Shown here one piece after another: positions 1 through 9,893 of a DNA stretch of 47,206 nucleotides. Origin of the DNA: Chromera velia (lineage: Eukaryota); the NCBI GenBank assembly GCA_018398765.1, contig JAHBMJ010000468.1:1-47206 (forward strand). Direction: 5' to 3'. The position numbers and the translations under genes were made by a program. The notes beneath the pieces were generated by a model. The model saw nothing but the letters and a program-made list of their open reading frames with translations. It made no database searches and was not told the origin of the DNA. The first letter of the stretch is position 1; each line of letters opens with the position of its first letter.

Positions 1-515
1 GGAGGATCAGAAGACATAGGGGGAGGAGATGAATCAAGAAAAAAAGAAAGAGAAAGAACAACATGTTGAGGGGCAAAGTCAGCTTCCAGGTTTGAAGTGG
101 CAGAGGACCAGGCTGTCAAAAGAAAAGGATCTACAAAAAAGTGATCAATCGCTGTTGTTTCTTCTCCTGCTTTAAAAAAGGTGCACGGGCCCGGAAAGGA
201 GACATCAACACCCAGCCTCTCACATTTCAAGGACAGGCCGTGGAGAGGAATTAAGTTAGAGCGTTCACAAAGACGGATCAGCCAATTCCCTTGCTCGTCA
301 GGTTGACTGCCATGGCTGCAGGCTGACAATCGAGAGGGCTTACAAGCATCAACTTCGTTCTCTTCTCTGCTTTCATCAGTGGGACATAGCATTCTTTCCC
401 AAGTCAGCCCTTCCAGCACCCGTTCTCGCCCACCCACAGTATCCGAAATTCCTCCAGCGAATCAGACTCAGTCCCATCTGATCCAGATTCTGAGCCACAA
501 CAGCAGCAAGCAGAC

Positions 516-1469
516 ATGGGGGATGCAGTCAGATTTGATAAGCTCGAGCAGATTGGGAAGGTCAAGCGAGTGACTACAGTCTTTATCCCAGGAAAAACAA
601 ACGGACAGGTCTGGTATGCGACCTTTAAGGCAAAAGCAGATGCGGGAAACCTAAATGTGAATGAGAAGAAAGTGTTGCTGATAGGTCACTTTGAAGATCC
701 TGACCTTATCCTGTGGTGGAATGAAAACTCCGCTTCCGCCACAACTTCAGATGAGGTTGACACCTTGTTCCTGGAAACGCATGGAAGCACCGGTGTGACA
801 CAGGCGCACGCCGTCTACGGTATGGCTGACGTGCGGCTAAACCTCGGAGACGACTATGACAAATTCGTTGAACGCTTCGTCGACGTCTACATCCAGGCAA
901 ATCCAAACAGAAGAAGGAACGACAGAATCAGTTCCTTTATCAACGTGCTTTATCCCGAGCTGAGAGAAGAGCTGGAGATAGAACAGATCTACACCGATTG
1001 GGACCAATTGAAGAGGAGAGTCGGGTACCTCCATGCCAAACAACAGAAGAAAGCAAGGGCTCGAATTGCGGGGGTGCAACAGAGAGACGAGAGAGACGAA
1101 CTGGCCGAGTTGCAGAAACGGCTCGATCAGCAAGCTGCTCAGATCGCGGCTCTGAGAGGCCGCGGCCGTGGTCGTGGGGGATTCACCGACCGGGGGCGCG
1201 GTCGCGGTAGGGGTGGCTTCGGCTATTACCCCGTCTACCCGTCTCCCATGCACGGAGGCCATGCATTCGGCGCGTACGGTCGAGGTGGCTTCAATAGCCA
1301 CTTCAGAGGGGGACACGGAGGCATGAGAGGAAGAGGAGGCCACTACCAACAGTATGGAGGCAACAACGGTTTCAACAACGGTCCCCCCCGTTGCTACACT
1401 TGCAACCAGCCTGGCCACAAGGCCTCCAATTGTCCTGTGCAGGGAAACGACCCGGGTGGATTGACGTAG
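516..1469 (+). CDS. gag: Retrotransposon Gag with RGG-rich nucleocapsid region and zinc knuckle
   Basis: Intact 317-aa ORF with CX2CX4HX4C knuckle CYTCNQPGHKASNC at the C-terminus; lies directly upstream of pol, which is in the -1 frame. Confidence 0.9.
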   Translation: MGDAVRFDKLEQIGKVKRVTTVFIPGKTNGQVWYATFKAKADAGNLNVNEKKVLLIGHFEDPDLILWWNENSASATTSDEVDTLFLETHGSTGVTQAHAVYGMADVRLNLGDDYDKFVERFVDVYIQANPNRRRNDRISSFINVLYPELREELEIEQIYTDWDQLKRRVGYLHAKQQKKARARIAGVQQRDERDELAELQKRLDQQAAQIAALRGRGRGRGGFTDRGRGRGRGGFGYYPVYPSPMHGGHAFGAYGRGGFNSHFRGGHGGMRGRGGHYQQYGGNNGFNNGPPRCYTCNQPGHKASNCPVQGNDPGGLT

Positions 1470-1487
1470 AGGTTCCCCAGTCCACCC
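1442..1487 (+). promoter_or_regulatory. Programmed -1 ribosomal frameshift signal (gag-pol)
   Basis: G_GGA_AAC heptamer at 1442-1448 is correctly phased to gag codons. A 5-nt spacer follows, then a 10-bp stem GGGTGGATTG (1454-1463) / CAGTCCACCC (1478-1487) with one G-U pair. Confidence 0.85.
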
Positions 1488-4400
1488 AGCAGTTTGCGAA
1501 GCCTCGTCCTCTCCCGATTCCCCCGTGTGTGCGTGTCGAAAAAAAACATGTAGACTGTGAGCGAGAGGAGGACAATGAGAAAGGAAGAGTCCCGAAGTCG
1601 CAGGTTTCTCAGTCGCCTGTGTCCTTCCCTTCTCCGGCAAAGCATGCAGACAGACAGATCGACTTTGAACAAGCGAATTCAAAGAAAATGGAGGGAGAGA
1701 TGGCAGCAGTAAAGGTCGGTCCCAGGCCTTTCGTGACAATGTTGCTGTTTGGTAAGCCTGTGTCTGTTCTTATTGACACAGGGGCGGAAACTTCGTTCAT
1801 TGATGTGAATACGACTTTCAAATTGCATGCTGAATCAGATGCAGATGTTGACAGGCCCACGGTGGGTCTGTCCGCAGTGGGACAGACGGGCGTGTCGGTG
1901 GTGGGGGAGATTACGGCCAAGTTTTCTCACCCTTCCCTGCCGAAGAAAGTATTCCCACACCGCCTGACCGTCACAGAAGATTCGGGGTACGAAGCAGTCT
2001 TGGGGCAGGACTTTTTGAAGCTGTTGGACCCAGTAGTACAGTACCACTACCGTGAAGACCGTCTGGACGTTGCGGACCTCTCCTCCTTCGAGGTTTGGTA
2101 CGAGGATGGGAGGAAACCGATGCGTGTCTCCGCCTTCACGCGCACGAAAGTCCCCAAAAGAGCGAGGGCTCTTGTGCGTGTGCAGGTTGAGGGAACGGAA
2201 GGGGAGGAGACGGTCATTTTGAGAAGGAATTACCCGAGGAGGTTTCCGGGACTTGCCATCCCGGACCAAGTAATAGACGTCAAAGCTGGAGTCGCCACAG
2301 TAGAAGTCATGAACATCGCCACCAACCTCATCCGCCTAGGACCGAATTCACTCCTGACTTTTGCAGAGCCGTTCTCTCGTGTGTCGTCCGTCGCCGCAGT
2401 CACCACCAATGCTCCCGCCTCTGCCTACACACAGCAACCGCCGATTCCCAAGAAAGAAGACTCGCCTGTTCCTGCCCCTCCCTCGCAGAAGCTTCTGCCT
2501 GTGGATCTCTCTCACCTGTCATGCGAATTGAGGGAGAAATACGAGGGGGTCCTTCAAGAATATTCCGATCTCTGGTCTCACTCTCGTTTCGACATTGGAG
2601 AGCTGAGAGTGGATGGAAAGCCTTTCGAGGTGACCATTCCTACTGGAGATTCCCCTCCCATTCGCTGGAACCAAGACAGAATCCCGTACCACCAGAGAGA
2701 GCATGTGAAGAAGGAGTTGTAAGAGATGGAAGAAGGGGGAGTGATTCGTCCCTCTACTTCCCCATGGGCCGCCCCAGTCGTTCTAATTAAGAAACCAGAT
2801 GGGACGACCCGTTTCTGTCTAGATTTCCGCAAACTGAATCAAGCCACCAAGAGAGATCTTTTTTCCCTCCCCCGAATTTAAGAGACACTCGACCGCCTTG
2901 CAGGAGCCAAGGTGTTCTCAGCATTTGATTACACCTCTGGCTTCCAGCAACTCCGCATGCACCCCAACCACGCAGAGAAAACCGCCTTTGTCACTCCGTT
3001 CGGACTTTATGAATTCACCAAGATGCCCTTTGGGTTGGTGAATGCCCCTTGTGTTTTCCAGAGAGCCATGAATTCGGTTCTTGCAGGTCTGTCCAGAGAC
3101 CTCGCTCTCGTTTATGTCGACGACATCATCGTCTTCAGCCGATCTCATGACGAACACATTCAAGACTTGAGGGAGGTTTTAGGTTTGGTGAGGAAAGCAA
3201 ATTTGAAGCTCAAACTCGAGAAGGCACAGATTGCCATGACAGAGGTGGAGTATTTGGCACATACGGTGTCAGAGAAGGGAGTCAGACCGAGTAGAAAGAA
3301 CATCCGGAAGATTCTGCAGTGGGAGCCACCGCGGGACAGGAAGGAGCTCCGCTCTTTTCTGTATCTGTGCTCCTACTACCGTCATTTTATTGCAAGCTTT
3401 GCTCGTCTCTCCTTCCCTCTCTTTCAGATGTTACTTCCTGCAGATGAGTAAGGCAGACCGGTCCCGTTTGTTTGGAATGGAGAAAGAGAGGAAATTTTTG
3501 GGGAGTTAAAAGAGAGGCTGACGACCCCTCCGATTCTCGGCTTCCCAGATATGAGCCTGCCGTTCAGGGTGAAACCGGACGCATATGAAGTGTCTGTGGG
3601 AGGCGTGCTCACGCAGATACAGAGGGGAAGGGAAGTGGTAATTGCGTATGTCAGTAGGGGGTTGAGTGCGGCAGAGAAAAATTACAGCCCCACCGAGACG
3701 GAGGCCTTAGGGGCTGTCTACTGCTGCAAACAGTGGAGGCATTACCTGTTTGGGGGGGTAGCGTATGTGATCACGGATCATAAACCGAATTTAGCGATGT
3801 CTGACCGCAAAATAGCGAACAAAAGGGTACACAACTGGGCGTTAGAGTTGCAGGAGTACGGGTTGACGTTCGTTCATAAGGCGGGGAAGGAACATGTAGA
3901 CGCAGACGCCGTTTCCCGACAGCCACAGCCTCCCCCGTCTCTTTCCGCCTCTGTAAACAGCGGGATCCCTTTGTGCCATCACTGTAATCAGCCTGCTGAC
4001 GGTAGCAAGGAGATCCGATCTGGTATGGCTGCCGCCCTGGCAGGTGTGCAAGCAGATGTGTCCCCTTTGCAGGTTGAGAGGGGCTTTCTGGACCGTGTGA
4101 GGGAGGAGTTACTAAGAGACCCCTTATTGAAGGATCATTTCAAATACTTTGCAGAGGGGGTGTTGCCTCGGGAGGCAAAGAAGGTGAAGCAAATTCTGTT
4201 GGAGGAAAGTGTATTTGAAGAGAAAAGAGGTTTGTTGTACAGGTACGAAGGAAGGGGGACAGAAAGGAAAGAACAGTTGGTGGTGCCTGAGGCGTGCAGA
4301 AAGACGGTTATGGTGATGAATCACGATCACCAGTTGGGGGGGCACCCAGGGGCAAATCGGCTGACAGAGAAGACTCTCCTGCACTTCTGGTGGCCAGGTT

Positions 4401-5734
4401 TGAGAGCAGACACGAGGGAGTGGGTCGCTTCCTGCCGAGAATGCAAAGAGAAGCTCAAGCCGAAAGCAAAGAGAGTACCCCAGACTGTGCCCGTGCCTTC
4501 CCGTCCTTGGCACACACTCGGCATTGATGTGTCAGGGCCCTTTTCGACGAACAGGAGGGGAAACAGATTTATGCTCGTTGTGACAGACCATTTTGGAAAG
4601 GATGTGGAGACGTTTGCCCGCCTTGAGCTGCCCGCTCATGTCGTAGCTGAGATTTTCTGCAGGCATAGTCCCTTTGAGGTTCTCCTCTCAGATACGGGAA
4701 CGAATTTCCTGGCAGAAATCGTGAGTGAGGTGTTGAAGATTTTGAGAGTGAGGAGGAAGGTAACAGCAGGGTACCACCCTCAGTGCACAGGACTGACAGA
4801 AAGATACAATCAGACGTGGGAGCAAGCGGTTGGAAAGCAGTTGAGAACAGAGAATGAGCTTGATTGGGGTCTGTATTTGCAGCCCTTCAATTTCTCATAC
4901 CGGATGACCCCGCATTCCGAGACTGGATTGACCCTATTCCAGTTGACCCATGGGTATGAGCCGACCCATATGCTGCGAGTAGAGCCCGTCTCATCAGAGA
5001 CCCGTTCCCCTCCAGTGGCTTACAACGACTACTACAGCGTGATCCATCAGAACAGGTTGGAGTTGATTGAGACGACATGAGCCAGGATGGAGAAATCAAG
5101 GTAAGAGAGAGAGTAGAAGAACCTGCCCCCTTGGAAGAGCAAATTCAGAGTGGGGGATCAGGTGTTGGTGCAAAAGCCTATCAATCCGCTCACAGGCAAA
5201 GTGGATGGAGGAAAGTTTGTAGAACAGTTGGAAGGGATTTATCTGGTTGTTTCCCTTCCGGATGGACGGCCCCACAACGCCGTTGTCAGGCAGTTGGGGG
5301 GAGGAAAGAGCATGACGATCTCCATAAACAGATTGAAGTTATGGAGGATGGCAAAGGAAGTGAGAGAGGAGATGAAGGGGAGAAGGAGAGAGGAGAGAGA
5401 AATAGAAGAAGGGAGAGAGAAAAGCAAGAAAGCAGCGTCAGAGTCCGCATCGGATGTGATTGACGAGCTTGGCCTTGGAGAAAAGTGGCCGAGAGACAAG
5501 AAACCAGAGAGAGGGGAAGCGCTTCCCGAGTCGATGCAGGAAGAGAAGAGAGGAAAGAGAGTGAGGGCAGTTGAGGTGAAGTCGAGCAGAGAGAAGGACG
5601 GAAAGATGCATTACAGAGTTGTCTACAATAATGGTTTGTTTTTGTGGCTGCCAGAGGACGAAGTGGGAGAGCCTGAGTTGGTGAATGAATTCGAAAGGAA
5701 TAAAGAAAGGATTTTGCGTGGACGTGAAGACTGA
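1442..5734 (+). pseudogene. pol: Retrotransposon Pol (protease, RT, RNase H, integrase, chromodomain-like) broken by 6 in-frame stops
   Basis: All domains lie in one frame: protease [38 protein letters not shown]; RNase H YSPTETEALG, TDHK; integrase HHCC (HDHQLGGH..CREC) and D-D-E (GIDVSGP, LSDTG, TERYN). Stops at 2720, 2879, 3449, 5078, 5102 and 5114. Confidence 0.92.
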
Positions 5735-5940
5735 CTGTCCGATCCTTCGTTCATGCATTCGAACGTTTTCTTTTCTTTTTTCCACGCCCTTCCCACCCGA
5801 TCTTTTCACACGTGTTGGCAGCGATCTGCAGCTCGTTGCTTGGTTTCTTTGGCTGCTGGGAGCGCCGGTGCAGACCAGAGTCATTGAGAGAAGTGAAGCA
5901 ATAAATTGTGCGGGATGCACAATCTTGTGCGGGGTGTGGT

Positions 5941-6196
5941 TGTTACAGACCTTTGGACCTAGGCTCGATTTGGTCCTTAGAGTAATACAGAGAATTAATA
6001 GCATTAAATACACACTGTAATACAAAGGCATGCACGTCCGTATCTTAGCCTTTGCAATACAGATTGATTGAGCCTGTTAGAAGGACCGAATCTTTCCTGA
6101 TCGATAGGGAAGGCTTTTGTGTGTCTGATAGATTCTCTGTATGTAGAACTTGTGGGTGAGTTGATTCCTAAGTTCTAGAGAGCTTAAACTAGAACA
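5941..6196 (+). repeat. Possible 3' LTR
   Basis: Starts TGTTACAG right after a G-rich stretch (GCGGGGTGTGGT) and could end CTAGAACA, an imperfect inverted terminus. No 5' LTR is available for comparison. Confidence 0.3.
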
Positions 6197-7106
6197 GCTT
6201 TCAAGATACCGTAAATGATCCGCGCCTGCGGCGCGGACTTTCAAACTTATCTAAAAATGCGGTTTAAACTTTCAAGTGATAGTAAGGTTCAGGGAGGTCT
6301 TGATTATATACCTATGACATAGCATAACATAGCATAGCATAGCATAGTATGTAGGTTTCAAAACAGTTTAAAGGAGAAATTTTCACATATAAATCACTTG
6401 TCTGCATTGTTTTTATAGAAATGAATTTTATTTCTCTATTAGGGTCGTGTGGAGTCAGAGAATTTTTGTTAAACGACACTTAAATAAGTAAGACAGTAAT
6501 TACAATGATGATGCCTTAGATCATGCTTAAAACCAACACATCTATAGTACGTTCTTTTATAAAATTAAAAGGTATTCAGAAGGTTGGCTGAGAGCAATTA
6601 GAAGGAAATAAAAGTACTAGTAAAAGTAATGAGGCTGGAACTGACTAGAGATGAGACCACGTGGAAAAATGATTCAGGTCTGGTAAAAAAATGTAAAAAA
6701 CTGACCTAAAAATATTAAACCCGACGCCGGGCGCAGGGGCTCCCCTGGCTGGCCTGTCAAAAAAGTGAGCCGGTACGTGAAGAATTGGCGGAAAAAATGT
6801 AGCGCCGCCGCCGCCGCGCAGCAACGTCGAACGAATAATGCATGGCCATGCATGGCCGAATCAGGTGCACGATTGTTGCATACTACTAGATGTTGAAGCT
6901 ATGTTGAAGCTCCAGTCATCGTCTGAAGTTCCATTCCTGATCGAGACCTTCTACCCAAAGCAGCTGTTAACGCCTTCGGATTAGACTTCCTGCAGGCCCG
7001 AGAAGCGTGCGCTGTCGGAAGAAGAGCCGTTGGGATCGGCTGTCTACCGAAACAAATCAGTCTGACAGGATCAGAGTTGTGTTTGTTCGTCTAAATCCTC
7101 AGCAAG

Positions 7107-9002
7107 ATGGAGAGGAGCTCCTCTGCTCTCTCTTCTGTCAAGCGAGAGCTCGAAGTTTTGGCAGTCAGCCTGCTGGGAGTGATTGGTTCGATCAGACAGA
7201 TTGGAAAGGTGGTTGGCAACACTTGTCACCACTTTCAGAAGAACCTTCGTGGGTCGCCTTCCACATCTCCGGTGTCCAATGCTATTTGTCCTGTCCTTTC
7301 AAGTGCCCCTGCTCTCTCTGACCTCTGGCAGTTGGTCGAGAGGGTGCACGTTGTTCTACAGACAGAGCTTCAGTATCTTACAAGCGTGTACGGTCGCTCA
7401 GTCTGCACGCCTCTGTTTGAGGACGAGGGAACCCTGCTCCGTTCTTTCCACCCGTCGGTGGAACGCGTCTGGGGCTATCGGTGGCCCGTGTCCTTTAATC
7501 TCTCCTATCCGTCTGTGTACACCTGCATCACAAGGGCAGGGAGGATGGAGGCGATACCGTCTGTCCCTCTGGAGCTGGAGGCTGTGGCTAAAAGCCTTCT
7601 GAGGGCTGTCAGAACGATTCGAAATGTCGAGAAGGTGATTGCAAGTATCGAGTTTGTGCAGCAAAGAGAGGGCATTTGTCCGGAGTCCTCGATACGCTCT
7701 CGAAGACTGGCCGAACCGAGGCCAAACTTTCCAATCCAATTCTACCCAGCACCTGAGAATCCGAAGCAAGACGCGAGCGTGATGGTCCTCGTGGCTTTCA
7801 CCCGCCTTATGCACTCCCTTACGATGTTCCATTTGCCTTACCTCTCTGTCTACCTCGCTGTCTCCACTCTCCGACAGTCCATAGGACTGATGAAGCCGTT
7901 CTTTCAGAGAGGATTGAACAGAGTCATGAACACCCACTACCAACTGGACCTTACAAAGGTCTTGCCTCGAAACGTTGGAAAGGTGATTCGATCCTTTCAG
8001 CCTATCACCTTTTACAACGCATTCGAAATGCTGATGCAGAAGCATGGAAAAGAGAGAGACCTTGACACCTCTACCCTCAAGAAAGTGGGCGCACGTTTGG
8101 ATCATCTGGTTGATGCAGAGACACCCTATGGTGTCAAGACCAAAAGGACAGTGCTCATGAAAGCTGTCCTGTCACGGGAGTTGGAGGCTGTCACCTTGTT
8201 TGTTGAGAATGGAGCAGAAGTGAACGTGAAAAGCCCCTCTGGCATCTCTGCTCTTCAGTACGCGTATCTGACAGGCGAGTCAGGAATTGCGAATTTTCTC
8301 CTCTCGAGAGGTGCCGAGAAGGACGAAGAGGCCGACAAGCAGGCCAAGTCCGTTTTCGTTGCAGCTGAAAACGGCAACGATGAGTTCGTTGACCTCTTTC
8401 TCTCCTACGGCTTCGATCCGAACGGGAAAAATCAGAACGGGGACACTTCTCTTCATTGTGCTGTAAAGAAGGGAAGAAGAAAATCTGCTGAGATCCTTCT
8501 GAATCACGGTGCCAGGGTGAATGAACGAGCCACCGGCGATCAGGCCGGGTTTACGCCTCTCTTCCACACAGTAGTTGCGGCCGGAAGGGCTATAGATCAT
8601 GGGGAGATGACGGAGGTCCTCATCTCTCGCGGAGCCGACCTCAACATGAAGCTGCAGGATCATGCCTCCCCTAAAATTCTTCTCACTGCAGCCTTGTATG
8701 GCGCTGTCAATGTCGTGCAGGTTCTGCTGAACAACAAAGCAGATCTGCGGGCGACAGACGACAGTAGGCGCACCGCGTTGCACATGTGTGCGTTCTTTGA
8801 CGATCGGTTTGCGCAATTCGGGGTAGATGTGCAGAAGAAGGTTCGCGTTGCACAGCTGCTCATTGCAAAGGGGATCAACGTGAACGCCGTCGATAGAACA
8901 GGCCGAACTGCAACGGACATAGCGCTGTCCGAGCTGCCGCAGACTTCACCCCTCTTTGCGTTCTTTCAGGCCTTGCCTGGACCGGCACAGGCAGGACAGT
9001 GA
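7107..9002 (+). CDS. Intronless ankyrin-repeat protein (C-terminal ANK array, unrecognised N-terminal half)
   Basis: 631-aa ORF with ANK motifs GISALQYA..LLSRGA, GDTSLHCAVKKG..ILLNHGARVN, GFTPLF, RRTALHMCA..LLIAKGINVN and GRTATDIA. Confidence 0.88.
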   Translation: MERSSSALSSVKRELEVLAVSLLGVIGSIRQIGKVVGNTCHHFQKNLRGSPSTSPVSNAICPVLSSAPALSDLWQLVERVHVVLQTELQYLTSVYGRSVCTPLFEDEGTLLRSFHPSVERVWGYRWPVSFNLSYPSVYTCITRAGRMEAIPSVPLELEAVAKSLLRAVRTIRNVEKVIASIEFVQQREGICPESSIRSRRLAEPRPNFPIQFYPAPENPKQDASVMVLVAFTRLMHSLTMFHLPYLSVYLAVSTLRQSIGLMKPFFQRGLNRVMNTHYQLDLTKVLPRNVGKVIRSFQPITFYNAFEMLMQKHGKERDLDTSTLKKVGARLDHLVDAETPYGVKTKRTVLMKAVLSRELEAVTLFVENGAEVNVKSPSGISALQYAYLTGESGIANFLLSRGAEKDEEADKQAKSVFVAAENGNDEFVDLFLSYGFDPNGKNQNGDTSLHCAVKKGRRKSAEILLNHGARVNERATGDQAGFTPLFHTVVAAGRAIDHGEMTEVLISRGADLNMKLQDHASPKILLTAALYGAVNVVQVLLNNKADLRATDDSRRTALHMCAFFDDRFAQFGVDVQKKVRVAQLLIAKGINVNAVDRTGRTATDIALSELPQTSPLFAFFQALPGPAQAGQ

Positions 9003-9893
9003 CGGCCATGTGACGACCGAACTGCTCACGCAGCGCAGGTTCGCATGCAGTCATTGCCAGTCAATCGACCCCACTTGCATCTTCATGATTGCTTCAAAGT
9101 TGGCATCTAGTTGGGCATGTCTATTGGCATTGATTGAATTCCAACCTAATTTAAAACTGAATTGAGTTGAATTGAGACAGTTAAACCGGTACTATCAAAC
9201 AATTATTTTAAGAGAATTTTATGAAAAAATGAATTAGTTCAATTGAATTTACTCACTGTAGTACGGTACTAGTACCCGTCGTACTAGTACTACCCGACAC
9301 TAATCCTAATAATCCTTAGTACTAATCCAAATCTTAATCGGAAGCTAATCCTTATCAAACCTAATCATTTTTTTAATATAATTTTTTTAAACGTAGTCAA
9401 TTTTCCTAGCAATTTTCTTCAGAAATTTTTTAAAAAAATGTTTAAAGGAATGCACATGCAACTTGAAGTTATGCTTCAAAAGTTTGTAAAACTTTTTTCG
9501 TTTTGTAAACTAGATGTGAAAATGTTACTATCACCATGTTATGTAGAAATTCTTGGATTATATTCTAAAGAAACAATTAATTTAAATAGTCTAAAATTGA
9601 CTCTAAATTACTCTAAATGATGATGATGATGATTGAGGGTTAAATCCTAAATCCAGCGATGCCAGACCCCAAGCCACGAACAAGGCTTTGAGGACAACCC
9701 CATGTCATGCAAAACGCTCCCATATCATGTAAAATGCACTCTCTCATACTCTCTCTAAAAAACTAATGAATAGAAATTATGTTTTTAAAATCTGATGTTA
9801 TGATAAAGAGGATACTAGACTCGTAACTAGAGCTACAGCTAGAGAGCGTGATGGTGTATGATGGTCAATCATGGTCTAATCTGCTATGTCATG

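Larger units (their letters stand above)
516..6196 (+). mobile_element. Ty3/Gypsy (chromovirus-like) LTR retrotransposon, decayed; 5' LTR not seen in window
   Basis: gag with CCHC knuckle, followed by pol in the Gypsy order PR-RT-RNaseH-INT-chromodomain-like. The right boundary rests on a tentative LTR. Confidence 0.93.

Noticed and set aside
837..1739. 300-aa antisense ORF over gag/pol
   Set aside because: Shadow of a GC-rich coding strand; no motif.
2720..5116. TAA/TAG reassigned to Gln (ciliate-type code) as the cause of in-frame stops
   Set aside because: Host genes end in TAA or TAG (21594, 28052, 9894), long host ORFs have no internal TAR, and TGA stops also occur. Mutational decay fits better.
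9618..9700. (TGA)5 plus a GC-richer stretch as the 3' end of a minus-strand LINE/SINE
   Set aside because: No TSD, no ORF and no similarity to either LINE 3' UTR in the window; cannot be supported.
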